Assembly (NCBI GenBank): GCA_030390025.1
Contig: CM059452.1
Location: 10,044,001 to 10,108,000, forward strand
DNA length: 64,000 nucleotides
Direction of reading: 5' to 3'
Origin: Squalus acanthias
Lineage: Eukaryota
Shown: positions 37,314 through 49,539 of the stretch, in pieces
Layout of the letters: every line of letters begins with the position of its first letter
How positions within the stretch are numbered: position 1 is the stretch's first letter
Notes under the pieces: model-generated
Databases searched by the model: none
Seen by the model: only the letters and a program-made list of their open reading frames with translations
Told to the model about the DNA's origin: nothing
Position numbers and translations under genes: made by a program

Positions 37314-38072
37314 ATGGAAAAACCGTGGAAATGTGGGGACTGTGGGAAGGGATTCAATTACCCGTCTGAGCTGGAAATTCATCAACGCAGCCACACTGGG
37401 GAGAGGCCGTTCACCTGCTCCCTGTGTGGGAAGGGATTCACTAACTCCTCCAGCCTCGCTGCACACCAACTTGTTCACTCTAATAAGAGACCATTTAAAT
37501 GTTCTGACTGTGAGAAGAGCTTTAAAAGCAGAAAGCATCTGATGAAACACCAACGCACTCACACCAGGGAGAGGCAGTTCACCTGCTCCGTGTGTGGGAA
37601 CAGATTCACAAATTCATCCAACCTGCTGATACACCAGCGAGTTCACACTGGGGAGAGGACGTTCACCTGCTCTGTGTGTGGGAAGGGATTCACTCAGTCA
37701 TCGAACCTGCTGACACACCAGCGAGTTCACACTGGGGAGAGGCCGTTCACCTGCTCCGTGTGTGGGAAGGGATTCGCTTCTTCATCCCATCTCATTGAAC
37801 ACCAACTTGTGCATTCTGATGAGAGACCTTTTAACTGTACTGACTGTGAGAAGAGCTTTAAAAGCAGAACTGCTCTGTTGCAACACCATCACACTCACAC
37901 CCCACAGAGACCATTTGCCTGCTCTGTGTGTGGGAAGGGATTCACTCGATTATCCACACTGCTGAGACACCAGCGAGTTCACACTGGGGAGAGGCCGTTC
38001 ACCTGCTCCGTGTGTGGGAAGGGATTCACTCAGTCATCCCACCAGCTGAGACACCAGCGAGTGCACAAATGA
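37314..38072 (+). CDS. C2H2 zinc-finger protein, 9 fingers
   Basis: 252-aa ORF; three further in-frame fingers upstream (ATG 37071) are broken only by TGA at 37116 and 37275; acceptor near 37036. Confidence 0.85.
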   Translation: MEKPWKCGDCGKGFNYPSELEIHQRSHTGERPFTCSLCGKGFTNSSSLAAHQLVHSNKRPFKCSDCEKSFKSRKHLMKHQRTHTRERQFTCSVCGNRFTNSSNLLIHQRVHTGERTFTCSVCGKGFTQSSNLLTHQRVHTGERPFTCSVCGKGFASSSHLIEHQLVHSDERPFNCTDCEKSFKSRTALLQHHHTHTPQRPFACSVCGKGFTRLSTLLRHQRVHTGERPFTCSVCGKGFTQSSHQLRHQRVHK

Positions 38073-38228
38073 CTGCAGGGGTTGGATTCTGCTGTTATTG
38101 CTGCTGTTAATCACATCCAGGACTGAACCCTGTTCACTCTAACAGTCGGGGTTTGTTTCTGCTGATGTTAATAACTCCTGTAACTGGGCTGGAGTTTTAA
38201 TACTCTGGATAGATGTCAAATAAATCAG

Positions 38229-38343
38229 AAATAAAAACAGAAAATGCTGGAGAAACTCAGCAGGTCAGGCAGCAACTGTGAAGAGAGAAACAGCGTTAAC
38301 GTTTCAGGTCGATGACCTTTCGTCAGAACTCATTTCGTCAGAA
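38229..38343 (-). mobile_element. Penelope terminal-repeat fragment with hammerhead motif (38294-38330), inserted at the ZNF poly(A) signal
   Basis: Reverse complement of 21114-21215; flanked by a 12-bp direct repeat caaataaatcag (38217-38228 and 38344-38355). Confidence 0.75.
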
Positions 38344-38772
38344 CAAATAAATCAGCTTTGTTTTAAACACATTGTTGTAGATTTTTGTCTTTCCCACCTG
38401 AGTGTTTAGCATCACCTGGCTGGAGCTCAGAAAGGACAATCTGGGGGAGGATCGTACGGCGGGAACAGAACTTCAGCCTGGACACAGTCCTTCAGGGCCA
38501 CACTGAGAGGGGCAAACGGCACTTTGGTCTTTCTCGTCTCTCTTCACTGACAGCAAAGGCCCCGTGTGGGTTAATCTCGAGGCGTGTGAGAAACGTGTCC
38601 CAGCCGCTCTCTGCCATGGTTCAGAGCTCCTAGGCACGGAACAGAAGGCTCCTTTAGGAATGTACCCCAGTGCTTTTTTTTAATGGCCTTATTAACGTGT
38701 GTCGCTACTTTTAGTGATTTGTGTATCTGTATCCCTGGATCCCTCTGCTCCTCCAGCCCATTTAGACTCTTA

Positions 38773-39420
38773 GGGGGAAAAATTCGGTGGCGCCCCCTTT
38801 GGGTCGCTAACGTCGCCGGGGCTAATTTTAGCGCCCCGAAAAAGTTAGCGCCCCTGCACATTAAATTCAGTGGTAGCGCCCCAAGCAGGAGGCGGGGTGC
38901 TACTGGAAGCGCTCCCCTCCCTCTTGAGGCGCTACCAGTGAATTTCGCGGCGCTTCGTGCAACAGCGCCACGCCCGTCGGCACATAGCACCGTGTCATAG
39001 CAGACCTCCCTCCCTGATTAAAGGGGAGGGGCCTAGCACTGCTCACACCGGGGCCCTGCTGGACCACCGGGGAGCGGGGTGTCGGATCAAGAGGAGCGCC
39101 GGGCTGAGCGATCGCGGCCGACACCCCGAAGAAGAAAGGGGAAGGGGGCAGGTGCTGGCAGTCGGCCAAAATAAAAAGTTGCCGCCCGACACCTGCCCTT
39201 TAAGTGGCGCCGCCGCGGCTGCAGGAACGACCCCTGACCCTGTCGGACATATCGTCCGGCGATAGGTCAGGGGTCGCAACCCAAGGTTGCAGCCGGGGTG
39301 CTGCGCATGGCGATGACGTCATTGCCGGCGGTGCAGTGCCGTGGGGCGCTACCGGCTACCGCCACCGCTAACCTCCCGCTGAATATCGCAGGAGGCACAA
39401 AGCAACCCAATTTCACCCCC
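38773..39420. mobile_element. Non-autonomous DNA transposon (PIF/Harbinger-like MITE) inserted in an old minus-strand CR1 (~38655-39770)
   Basis: Imperfect TIRs gggggaaaaattcggt / acccaatttcaccccc, 3-bp flanks TTA/TTG, CpG-rich non-coding interior; CR1 sequence resumes on both sides. Confidence 0.65.
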
Positions 39421-39788
39421 TTGTTGTCCAAGTAGTGAGTGGCCTCCTTATTCTTCCCACCAAAACACACCACCTCACACTGATCTACAGTGAAATTCAT
39501 TTGCCAATTACACGCACATTCTGAAATTTATTAATGTCTTCTTGCATTTTGTCTTCCTCAGTATTAACTCTACCTCCCAATTTGGTGTTATCGACAAACT
39601 TTAAAAATTGTACTTTCAATTCCCGAGTCCAAATCGTTTCTGTAAATGGTGAACAACAGTGATCCCAGCACCGATCCCTGTGGAACACCACTTCCCACCT
39701 TTTGTCAGTCTGAGTAGCTACTCCCAACCCCTACTCTCTGTTTCCTGTTCTGTGACCAGCTTGCTATCCATAACAGTTTGTAAGATCG

Positions 39789-39963
39789 ACAAGATGACCA
39801 AGGTCAGGCCGTGTGGAGTGAAGGGCCAGGCAGCAGAATGGATGGAAAGATGGCTACAAAACAGAAATCAGAGGGTTGGAGTTAAGGGAAGTTTGTAGCG
39901 ATCTTTCCATCCATTCTGCTGCCTGACCTTTGACTCCACACGGCCTGACCGTGGTCATCTTGT
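39789..39963. repeat. ~72-bp inverted repeat derived from a CR1 fragment
   Basis: Arms 39789-39860 and 39892-39963 with a few mismatches. Confidence 0.85.
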
Positions 39964-40439
39964 AGACCGTACATACTGCAGACACAGTGCACCAGTGGTG
40001 GAGGGGGTGGATATTGAGTCCTGTGGCAGGGGCGCTGATGAAGTGGATTTCTCTGTCCGTGAGTTTTGAGGCATCGCTAGTGGCGTTTTTCACCTCTTTC
40101 CACCTTTAAAAAAAACCTTGCTGCCAGTTTATTAAAGCCATTAACAGCCGCTCGGGTGGGACACACCAATAAATGAGGCCTCGTAAGTTTCCCTCAGAAT
40201 GACAGGCCTGAACCCGAGTTAGAAAACATTTAGTAATTAAACCAGACTGGGCGGGGCCTGAGGTGTGAGTTAGTAACGGAAAATTGGCGGCCAGCGTACT
40301 TCACACCAGGGCTGAGGACCCGGGGACTCGGGTTTCTGTATCATTTATTGATTAATTTTGTTTATTGCCCAATCTCAATCAGACTGGCGGGTCATCTTGC
40401 CGTCTGGCGGAGGCGAGGTTCCCCAATGGAGGGCTCTCT

Positions 40440-40960
40440 ACGCGGGGGTCCTTCCCTGCACCATTGGGGATCTGGGGTGGAGACTGTTGCAAGGAGCTGT
40501 CGTGTGCAACAGTATTTAAGCTCCTTTCCGGACTCCAAGGCCAGATGTGGTTTTTGCGGCCTAGAGGAGTCCACGGGCCGTGTATATATTCAGTGTGAGA
40601 GGTTGCAGCCCCTGTATAGTTACCTGAAGGGGCTGCTCCTCAACTCTTGGTTACACTTTAGCCCCACGCTCCTAATCTTTGGCCGCCCGGTGCGGAGGGG
40701 GGTGGGTAAGTCGGAGGATCTTCTCCTGGACCTGCTCTTGGGCCTGGCGAAAACAGCAATTTGTAGGTCCAGGATGGGCGGGGCCCATGGGGGGGTCACT
40801 CTGGCTGCCTGCCTCTCTCCCGTGGTCTTGTCCCTGCCCGGGTGGCCCTGGAGAGGGAGCAGGCGGTGTCCACCGGTTCACTTGATACCTTCCTCGACCG
40901 GTGGGCACGGAAGGTATCAAGAGGCGATAATCGATCCTCACAATCACATTGTGATTTAAT
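40440..40960 (+). mobile_element. Tx1/L1-clade LINE 3' fragment
   Basis: CGFCGLEES...C.RLQPL...L...L....LHFSPTLLIFG...LLGLAK.AI resembles a Tx1-type ORF2 C-terminus. Confidence 0.6.
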
Positions 40961-42329
40961 TATTAATTGTGTGTGTGTCACAAATACATTTCTTCTATTT
41001 TGATACAAAAGCTCTACTAGACATGTTAAACTACTAGTTATTTAATCAGGGCTGCAGCTGCTGAAAGGTTGACTGTACTGAGGTTTGTGGCCAGAGCTGG
41101 CAGACGTGTTGTTCTGAAGTCTGATGTCTCACACCTGAAGAGTCTGTTTATGTCGTGTTGTAATGACCTTTTTCTGTTGCCTGGTGTCAGAAATAGAAAT
41201 CAAAGGGAGATGATGCCTCACTCTGTTAATCAACTCTTTGACACATTTCCATGCATTTCCTTTCTTAATTTACAAAGATCACAACTCCATTAGTGAACAA
41301 TGGATTGCCAGTCTGCCACTTTTTAGTGAGGCTTGAAAGGATTCGCTGTGAAGCTACACCTGCCCATCTGTCTGTGTGTCACTGTGTTTGGATTGTGTTA
41401 GACAACAGTCCTAATATCTCGCCTACATCCATTACAATTTTTGAAGTGTTAGATTGTACTTGGAAGAAGTTGAGTTTGAATCTAACAATTCTGAAATTGG
41501 GAGCTGTTAATGATTTCTGTTTTTCACATAACTATATAGTGATGTGATCAGTCAAAGCAAATTAAAAGATGCTGCTATTTACTGAACACAACTGAATAAT
41601 TCTACAAGGATGCTATCACAATCTTCCTCAGTATTAACTACACCCCCCAATTTAGTGTCATCAGCAAATTTTGAAATTGTACCTCTGATTCCCAAGTCCA
41701 AATCATTCATGTAAATGGTGAACAACAGTGGTCCCAGCACCAATCCCCATGGAACACCACTTCCCACCTTCCGCCCATCTGAGTAAATACCTTTAACTCA
41801 TCCCGTTACTGTAACTGGACTTGTCTCCATTCCCGTGCCGAGGGGATTGCTGTACCAGATGGGAGGGGCAACATTTGGGGATTCACGATTCTCCACCAAT
41901 TCCCATTCCCCTTCTTTCTGGTGGATAATGGAGGTGCCACTGTGTGTAATGTGCAAGTCAGTAAGAATGGTCAGCGAGGATTAATCAGCACTTTCTAATT
42001 GGAGATGTTAATCAGTGGAACCTTTCAGGCACTGAATTGTAGATTTTGAACCAAAGATCAATTTAGGATTGAAGTAAAAGTTCATAATTTTATTGTAAAA
42101 TAATTCAGAGACTCTCATTATAAATTAAGGTGAAAGATCAGACAGCGGTTCTTAAACAAACACTGCAGCCCCGACAAGTCAATCAGCTATGTATCCAGAA
42201 TATTAAACTCCAGCCCAGTTATAGGGGTTATTAATATCAGCAGAAACAAACCCCAATTGTCAGAATGAACATGGTTCAGTCCTGGATGTGATTAACAGCA
42301 GCAATAACAGCAAAATCAAACCCCTGGAG

Positions 42330-43088
42330 TCACTTATGAACTCGCTGATGTTTCAGCAGGTTGCATGATAGACTGAATCCCTTCTCACACACGGAGCAGG
42401 TGAACGGCCTCTCCCCAGTGTGAACTCGCTGGTGTGTCAGCAGATTGGATGAACGATTGAATCCCTTCCCGCACAAGGAGCAGGTGAACGGCCTCTCCCC
42501 AGTGTGAATTTGCTGGTGTGTCAGCAGGTTGGATGAACGATCAAATCCCTTCTCACACACGGAGCAGGTGAACGGCCTCTCCCCAGTGTGAATTCGCTGG
42601 TGTGTCAGCAGGTGGGATGACCGAGTGAATCCCTTCCCACACACAGAGCAGGTGAACGGCCTCTCCCCAGTGTGAACTCGCTGGTGTGTCACAAGCTCGG
42701 ATGAATAAGCAAATCCCTTCTCACACATGGAGCAGGTGAACGGCCTCTCTCCGGTGTGAACTTGCTGGTGTGTCAGCAAGTGGGATGACCGACTGAATCC
42801 CTTCCAACACACGGAGCAGGTGAACGGCCGCTCCCCAGTGTGAACTTGCTGGTGCAGAATGAGGTTGGATGACTGCTTGAATCTCTTCCCACAGTGAGTG
42901 CAGCTGAATGGTCTCTCATCAGTGTGAACTCGCTGATGTGTTTGGAGAATGGACGAGCGAGTGAATCCCTTCCTACATATGGAGCAAGTGAATGGCCTCT
43001 CCCCGGTATGACTGCGCTGATGAATTTCCAGTTGGGACGGGTAATTGAATCGCTTCCCACAGTCCCCACATTCCCACGGTTTCTCCGT
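42330..43088 (-). CDS. C2H2 zinc-finger ORF, 9 intact fingers, ACG in place of the start ATG
   Basis: Open frame from caccACGg (43088) to TGA; upstream in-frame ATG at 43331 with TGA at 43286 and 43127; region 43010-44030 is an inverted duplicate of 36380-37400. Confidence 0.7.
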   Translation of the reverse strand, partial: TEKPWECGDCGKRFNYPSQLEIHQRSHTGERPFTCSICRKGFTRSSILQTHQRVHTDERPFSCTHCGKRFKQSSNLILHQQVHTGERPFTCSVCWKGFSRSSHLLTHQQVHTGERPFTCSMCEKGFAYSSELVTHQRVHTGERPFTCSVCGKGFTRSSHLLTHQRIHTGERPFTCSVCEKGFDRSSNLLTHQQIHTGERPFTCSLCGKGFNRSSNLLTHQRVHTGERPFTCSVCEKGFSLSCNLLKHQRVHK

Positions 43089-44586
43089 GGTGCGGGTGTC
43101 CTTGTGTCTCTCCAGGTTGGACGATCAGTTGAAGCCTCGTCCACACACAGAACACGTGTACGGTTTCTCCCCGCTGTGAACGGTGCGATGTTTTTTCAGG
43201 CTGTGTAACTGGTTAAAGCTCTTTCCACAGTCAGTGCACTGGAACACTCTCACTCGGGTGTGTGTGTCTCGGTGCTTTTCCAGTCACACTGATCTTTGAA
43301 ATCTTTTCCCACAGACAGAACAGGCAAACATTTCTCCTTCCACATTCAAAGGCCGATGATATTCCCTGTAAAAGCAGTTTACAAAAGACATCACTGTAAG
43401 TTCAGGATAAAAATGCAGAACAGATAATTCTAGTTTCTATGGAACATTCTTTCCTCTCTTATTACATAGAATTACATAGATTGTACAGCACAGAAACAGG
43501 CCAATCGGCCCAACTGGTCCATGCGGTGTTTATGCTCCACACGAGCCTCCTCCCATCTCTCTTCATCTCACCCTATCAGCATCTCCTTCTATTCCTTTCT
43601 CCCATGTGTTTATCCAGCTTCCCCTTAAATGCATCCCTGCTCTTCGCCTCAACTACTCCCTGTGGCAGCAAGTTCCACATTCTCAGCACTCTCTGGGTGA
43701 AGGAGTTTAATCTAAATAGGACTTTCCTGGGCAGCCAATGAGCACTGCTGCCTCTTTTGTGCATTTCCTGGCGAGGCGAAACAGTTGATATTTTCTGATC
43801 AAAAAGAGCTGAGCTCGGCAGCATTAGTCCTGTTTTGCCTCCTTTGGAGACCAGGTGTACGAGCAGAGTGAGCGCAGCCTTCACAGCAACCGCAATAAAA
43901 TTGTTACAGTTGTGAAGGAACTTTGTGTCAGTGCACTGGACCACAAACAAAGTATGTGTGTCAATTATTGTCTGACTGCACTACTGTGACATTTTAAAGG
44001 TGCTATATAAAGGTAAGTTGTTGTTGGTGTATAGAGTACTCTGTTAAATTTAGTGAAATGATCGATAACCAAGGAAGATCATTTCTTTGTTTGGTTCTGT
44101 TAGTTTTCATAGATTCATGGAAAAGTACAGCACCAAGGAGGCCATTCGGCCCATCGTGCCTGTGCTGGCTCTTAGAATGAGCAGTCGTGCTTAGTCCCAC
44201 ATCCCTGCTTGTTGTCCGTAACCCTGTAAATTCCTCATCCTCAAGTACCCGCCCAACTCCCTTTTAAAATCATTGATGGGATCAGCTCATGACCTTTTCA
44301 GGTAGAGCGTTCCCGATCCCGACAACTCTCTGAGTTTTATTCAATTGTTGCCACAGTTGCCTTCTGTGAAGGTTTAATATTAAATACATTTTGCTGTGAA
44401 AGCAATTAAAACATTTCCAGTATATAAATAGACAGATGCATCAAAATATTAAAATTGTGGGAGGGAGGGCAGTGCTCGCCCAGGGCCCAAAAAACAACGG
44501 AATTCTTGTTTCCCAACCCAATGTTTAGAAGATGAAGTCCCAGAGCTGCCTCTGGCTCGGTTGCCCTATTCTGACAAGCTGAGGTG

Positions 44587-44697
44587 TTGGTCAGTGCACT
44601 GTGATTGGTCAGTGCACTGTGATTGGTCAGTGCACTGTGATTGGTCAGTGCACTGTGATTGGTCAGTGCACTGTGATTGGTCAGTGCACTGTGATTG
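44587..44697. repeat. 18-bp perfect tandem repeat x6
   Basis: Unit ttggtcagtgcactgtga. Confidence 0.95.
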
Positions 44698-44959
44698 CCC
44701 TGTGGGCAGAAAATGGCAAATCTAGAAATATGACCAAAATAACACATTTTAACCCCAAAGCTGTAAATCCCCGTCCCACACACTCTCCCTCCTCCCTGTG
44801 CTGAAATCCAAACCCATCGCACCATCTCCAACATTTCTTTCCTCCACTCCCAGTTTTCTCCTCCCTCTACTCTGGTTGGGTTCAGTTCCACACCCGCTGT
44901 GTGCAGAGTGAGAATAAAATCAATGAGTCAATGATTGTCTCTCCTGGTCACTGGGACCC

Positions 44960-45260
44960 TGAAGCCCCGCCCACTCCCTGTTCCTGGCCAAGATGGCCGC
45001 GCATGCGCCGTGATCCCGGCCTGTCCAAGATGGCGGCCAGTGACCCCGCTGACCCGGGCGGCCGGGCCTGTCACCGCGGGGCAAACACGGGGCCTGTGGG
45101 CTCTTATTCGGGGCCTGAGGCCGACACCGGGTGTTTATGAAGCTTCCAGCCCAGCCGCGGGTCCAATTCCTCCCCGAGCCCATAATCTCCTACCGCCTCC
45201 CGGAAGCGTGTCTTCCTCATCAGCCCAAAGCCTCAACTGGCACTGCGCATGCTCAGAGCA
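44960..45260 (-). promoter_or_regulatory. CpG-island promoter-like region, probably for the 42.3-43.4 kb ZNF gene
   Basis: AAGATGGCGGC (YY1-type), GCGCATGCGC (NRF1-type), CCGGAAG, GC box; 44750-45030 matches 49760-50060 inverted. Confidence 0.65.
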
Positions 45261-46301
45261 CTGGGCTCCTGTAGTCATTGATAGGGCACATTCTCCCGCG
45301 CTGAGGATTCTGGGTAAACACCTCGTCATTGAAAACCCCAATTGTAAATATTTGTTTACCATAAACTGGACTCAGAAATTAGAGGTATATTGTCGCAATT
45401 TGAAGATGACGCCAAATTGGGTGATATATAGCTAATAATTTTGACTGCGCCAAAATACAGGAATACATAAACAGGCTTGCAGACTGTGCAGATAAATGGG
45501 AAATGAAATTCAATATAGTGAAATGTGAGGTGGTTCATTTTGGTGGGAGGATTAAGGAGGCCACCTATTCCTAAGAAGGTAAGAAACTAAATGGAGTAAA
45601 GGAGCAAAGAGATCTGGAAATACACACACATAAATTGCTAAAAGTAGTAACGCAAGTTGATAAGGCCATAAAGCATAGAAAGAAAGTGCTGGTGTTCATT
45701 TCTAGAGGAATATAATACAAATGCAGGGAGGTAATGTTACATTTATATAGAACCTTGGTTAGGCCACACTTGAAGTACTGTGGGCAGTTCTGGTCTCCAT
45801 ATAACAAAGGATATTGAAGCACTGAAGAAAGTGCAGAATAGATTTACAAAGGTGTCACCAGAGAGGATGCAACTAGCAAGCAAGATTGAGCAAGCTGGGG
45901 CTCTTTTCTCTGGTAAAGAGAAGTCTAAGAGGAGACCTGTTAGAGGTCTTTAAAATTATGTCAGGGTTCGAAACGGTGGAGAAGGAGAAACTTTCCATTT
46001 ATCGGTGAGTCTGATAGTAGCTGCATTGTGGTCGTTTTCAGTATTTGAAGAAAGTCCTTTAAAACATGAAGGATTTGGCAAAAGTAAAAATAAACTCCAT
46101 TGGAGGTAAACACAATCAGCAGAATTTTTACCTGACCCTTCACCCTTTGATTAATTTGATATATACCCAGAATATTAAACTCCAGCCCAGTTATAGGGGT
46201 TATTAATATCAGCAGAAACATACCTCAACTGCCAGAATGAACATGGTTCAGTCCGAGATTTGATTAAGAGCAGCAATAACAGCAGCTTCCAACCCCTGCT
46301 G

Positions 46302-46541
46302 TCACATGTGAACTCGCTGGTGTGTCAGCAGGTTGGATGAACGAGTAATTTATTTCCCACACATGGAGCAGGTGAACGGCCTCTCCCCTGTGTGAGTGCG
46401 TTGGTGTGTCTGCAGATTGTTTTTGCTTTTGAAGCTCTTCTCACAGTCCGGACATTTAAAAGGTCTATCACCAGTGTGAACCAGCTGGTCTATCAATGTG
46501 AAAACATTGGTGCATGACTGAGTGAATCGCTTCCCACACAC
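46302..46541 (-). pseudogene. Degraded C2H2 zinc-finger remnant with the family 3' UTR
   Basis: About 3 damaged fingers, stop and frameshift. Confidence 0.8.
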
Positions 46542-46659
46542 GCTCTTTAAAAAACGACCTCAATCCCACAGGCAAGCAGAGGCACTCTACCTTTACCAAC
46601 AAAAACAACACAATATAGAGAAGGGTTAATTCTCCACCCCACTATAACAGTGAACTCTC

Positions 46660-47072
46660 CGTCCTCTGCCTCCTACACTGTTCTAATGAAGCTCAACGTA
46701 AGCTCGAGGAACAGCACTTCATCTTTCTATTAGGAACTCTACAGCCTTCCGGACTCAACACTGAGTTCAAAAATTTCAGGTCATAACCTCTGCCCCCATT
46801 TTTTCGGATGGCAGTTGTTGCTGATGATTCTGATATTCCCATTTACACCTCCTCTAGACCCATCTTTTGTTTCTTTACTTGTCCCTTTACCATCTCCTTT
46901 TGGCTTGCACCAACATCCCTTTTGTCATTTAATCTCTCCTGTCTTCCATCCTATCTCAGACCTTCCATTTTGTTCTTTCCTCCCCTTTCCCTGCCTCTGT
47001 AATTTCATAAAACCTGTTACATCTCTAACTTTTTCCAGTTCTGACGAATGTTCATTGACATGAAACGTTAAT
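46660..47072 (+). mobile_element. Penelope-like 3' fragment ending in a hammerhead motif (47037-47072)
   Basis: RKLEEQHFIFLLGTLQPSGLNTEF GIY-YIG C-terminus; agtt-CTGACGA-atgttcattgacat-GAAA-cg-TT. Confidence 0.7.
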
Positions 47073-47545
47073 AGAATCATAGAAATTTACGGCACAGAAG
47101 GAGGCCATTCAGCCCATCGTGTCTGTGCCGGCCGAAAAAGAGCTACCCAGCCTAATCCCACTGTCCAGCTCTTGGTCCATAGCCTTGTAGGTTACAGCAC
47201 TGCAAGTGCATATCGAGGTACTTTTTAAATGTGATGAGGGTTTCTGCCTCTACCACCCTTTCAGGCAGTGAATTCCAGACCCCCATCACACTCTAATTTT
47301 ATACACCTCAATTAAATCTCCCCTCAGCCTCCTCTCTATTCCAAAGAAAACAACCCCAGCCTATCCAATCTTTCCTCATAGCTAAAACTCTCCATTCCTG
47401 GCAACATCCTCGTAAATCTCCTCTGTACCCTCTCTAGTGCAATCACATCTTTCCTGTAATGTGACCAGAACTGTACTCAGTATTCTAGCTGTGTCCTAAC
47501 TAGTGTTTTATACAGTTTTAGCATAACCTCGCTGCTCTTTTGGGA
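47073..47545 (-). mobile_element. CR1 3' fragment
   Basis: Reverse attctatg tail, LYKTLVRTQLEY. Confidence 0.8.
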
Positions 47546-48209
47546 CATACAATGACAGGAAGGGAACCTTCCTCCACAAAGCAATGCAGATAATTTAATC
47601 AGTGATGCTGCACCATATTTTGTGCATAAAGTCACACTTGCTTTTTTTAATGGGAACAGGTGCATAAAGCAGTTCAATGATCATGTTAACATCAAATATG
47701 AAATAAACTAAATACAGCCCTTCATGTTCGCTGACACAACATAAACAGCCTTGTAAAGTGGCTGGAAACTAAACCCGAGGTTATGAGGATTTCAAACAGC
47801 AAGCTGTGAGAGTGACTGGCAATGATGTGACAACATGGGAATTTTGGCTACAGATATAGTGGCCCTGTGGGAGACTAATAACCAAATGTAATGTTGCTAG
47901 AAGGAGGAGTGAACACCCACAGGACCACTGACTACTGGTGACCGAACAAGGCAAATTCTATTTTTACTACATGGGATTCTGGGAATGTTACCAGAGTTTT
48001 CGAGGCTGAATTCTGTAATTCATCCATTTTTTTCTGTGAAAACTATAAAATCGTTTGTTATAATGTTCTTATATTTAGACAGATGGTGCACATTGGCTAT
48101 TAGCAGCTTTAAGAAGATGCCTGACTTATTGGCATCTAAAGCAAACAATAGTTTATCTTTTACAATTCCTGGTGGAATATTCTAGAGTTTGTTGGAAGAT
48201 CACAGGATA

Positions 48210-49355
48210 GGTTTGGATGAAGATGGCCCTTCAGCCCATTTAATCTCCTTCTAGAATACCAACCTTACCATCTTTCCATTACAGCATCTGTTTCTTCATT
48301 ACTCCAGTGTCCTGGCATAAACCACCCTGCTGGCAACCCATTTCAGCTGTTGATCACCCTCTGAGTAAAGAAAGATTTCCTGCCGTCTATCCTAAATTTG
48401 CTCTCCACACCCATGAACCCTGTGCCCTCATGTCCTGCTGCCCAGATGTATCTGAAAGTATTGTTCCAGATTTACTTTCTCTATCCAGGTAAGTATTTAT
48501 ATACCTCTATTAATGTTGCTTCTAAGACATGTCTTCTTGAGGTTGAAGAAGAGGACTTGCTGATCAAGTTGTGCATCATAACTCTTCCCTCTAACACCAT
48601 GGATCAGGGTTTGTTGCTTTCTTCTGGATTGCCAGTAAGACCTGGATGGCTCCTATAATATCACGGTGACCAGGACTATATGCAGCATACCAAGTGCAAT
48701 GTGACCAGGGCAGCTTCGGCATTAGCTCTAGGTATTTGAACTGAACTGATTTGACAATATGATCCAGCATGCTATTTCCTTTGTTTATTGATGAGCCACA
48801 CCTTTTAGGAATGATGAGTGGTGACTCATCTAACACCCTAAGGTTTGTCTCAACTTTCCACTTGACAAGTTCTATCCCACCCATTTCTATTTTTCCCTAA
48901 TAAACAGTATCTTGCCTTTTTCTATATTGAGTTTCATTTGCCAATGGTCATTCTTTGAAAGCTCCCTTTGTAAGATCTTGTTGCCTTATCTGAATTCACA
49001 TTCTTTCCTAGCTTGGTGTCATCTCCAAATTTAACTGTTTTATATTCTGATTCTGATTCCAGGTCACCTTTGTAGACCAAGACCAGGAGGGATTCCCAGC
49101 ATGGACCCCTGGGGCAACCCACTCAGTATCCTCCCTTTGCAACCTAGCTTCACCTCGATAGTAATTAATCAATATGCAAGTTTCAGCTTGAAACCTACGG
49201 ACCTTAGTTTGTAAAGAAGTCTGTGATGCAATACTTTATCAAAGGCCTTTTGGATGTCCAGGTACACTACATCATTTAATTTGGGATACGCCCCATTTAA
49301 TTCGGGACGTCATCTCTTTCAAAAAAGTCTAAGAAGTTGGTTAGGCAAGATCTAT
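48210..49355 (-). mobile_element. Old degraded CR1
   Basis: SCLTNFLDFF and KFGDDTKLG remnants. Confidence 0.65.
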
Positions 49356-49539
49356 CTATTAACTCTGATTCTCTCTCCACAGATGCTGCCTGGCCTGCTG
49401 AGTATTTCCTATTTTTATTTATAACAGAGAAGGGTGAAGCTATGTCTGTGCCTTTAACGGCAGCTGCCCAGACACAGGGTGCTGTCCCTTTAAGAATGAG
49501 TGACGAGAACAATCCAGATTCCTCTTTTAGGTTTTCTGG

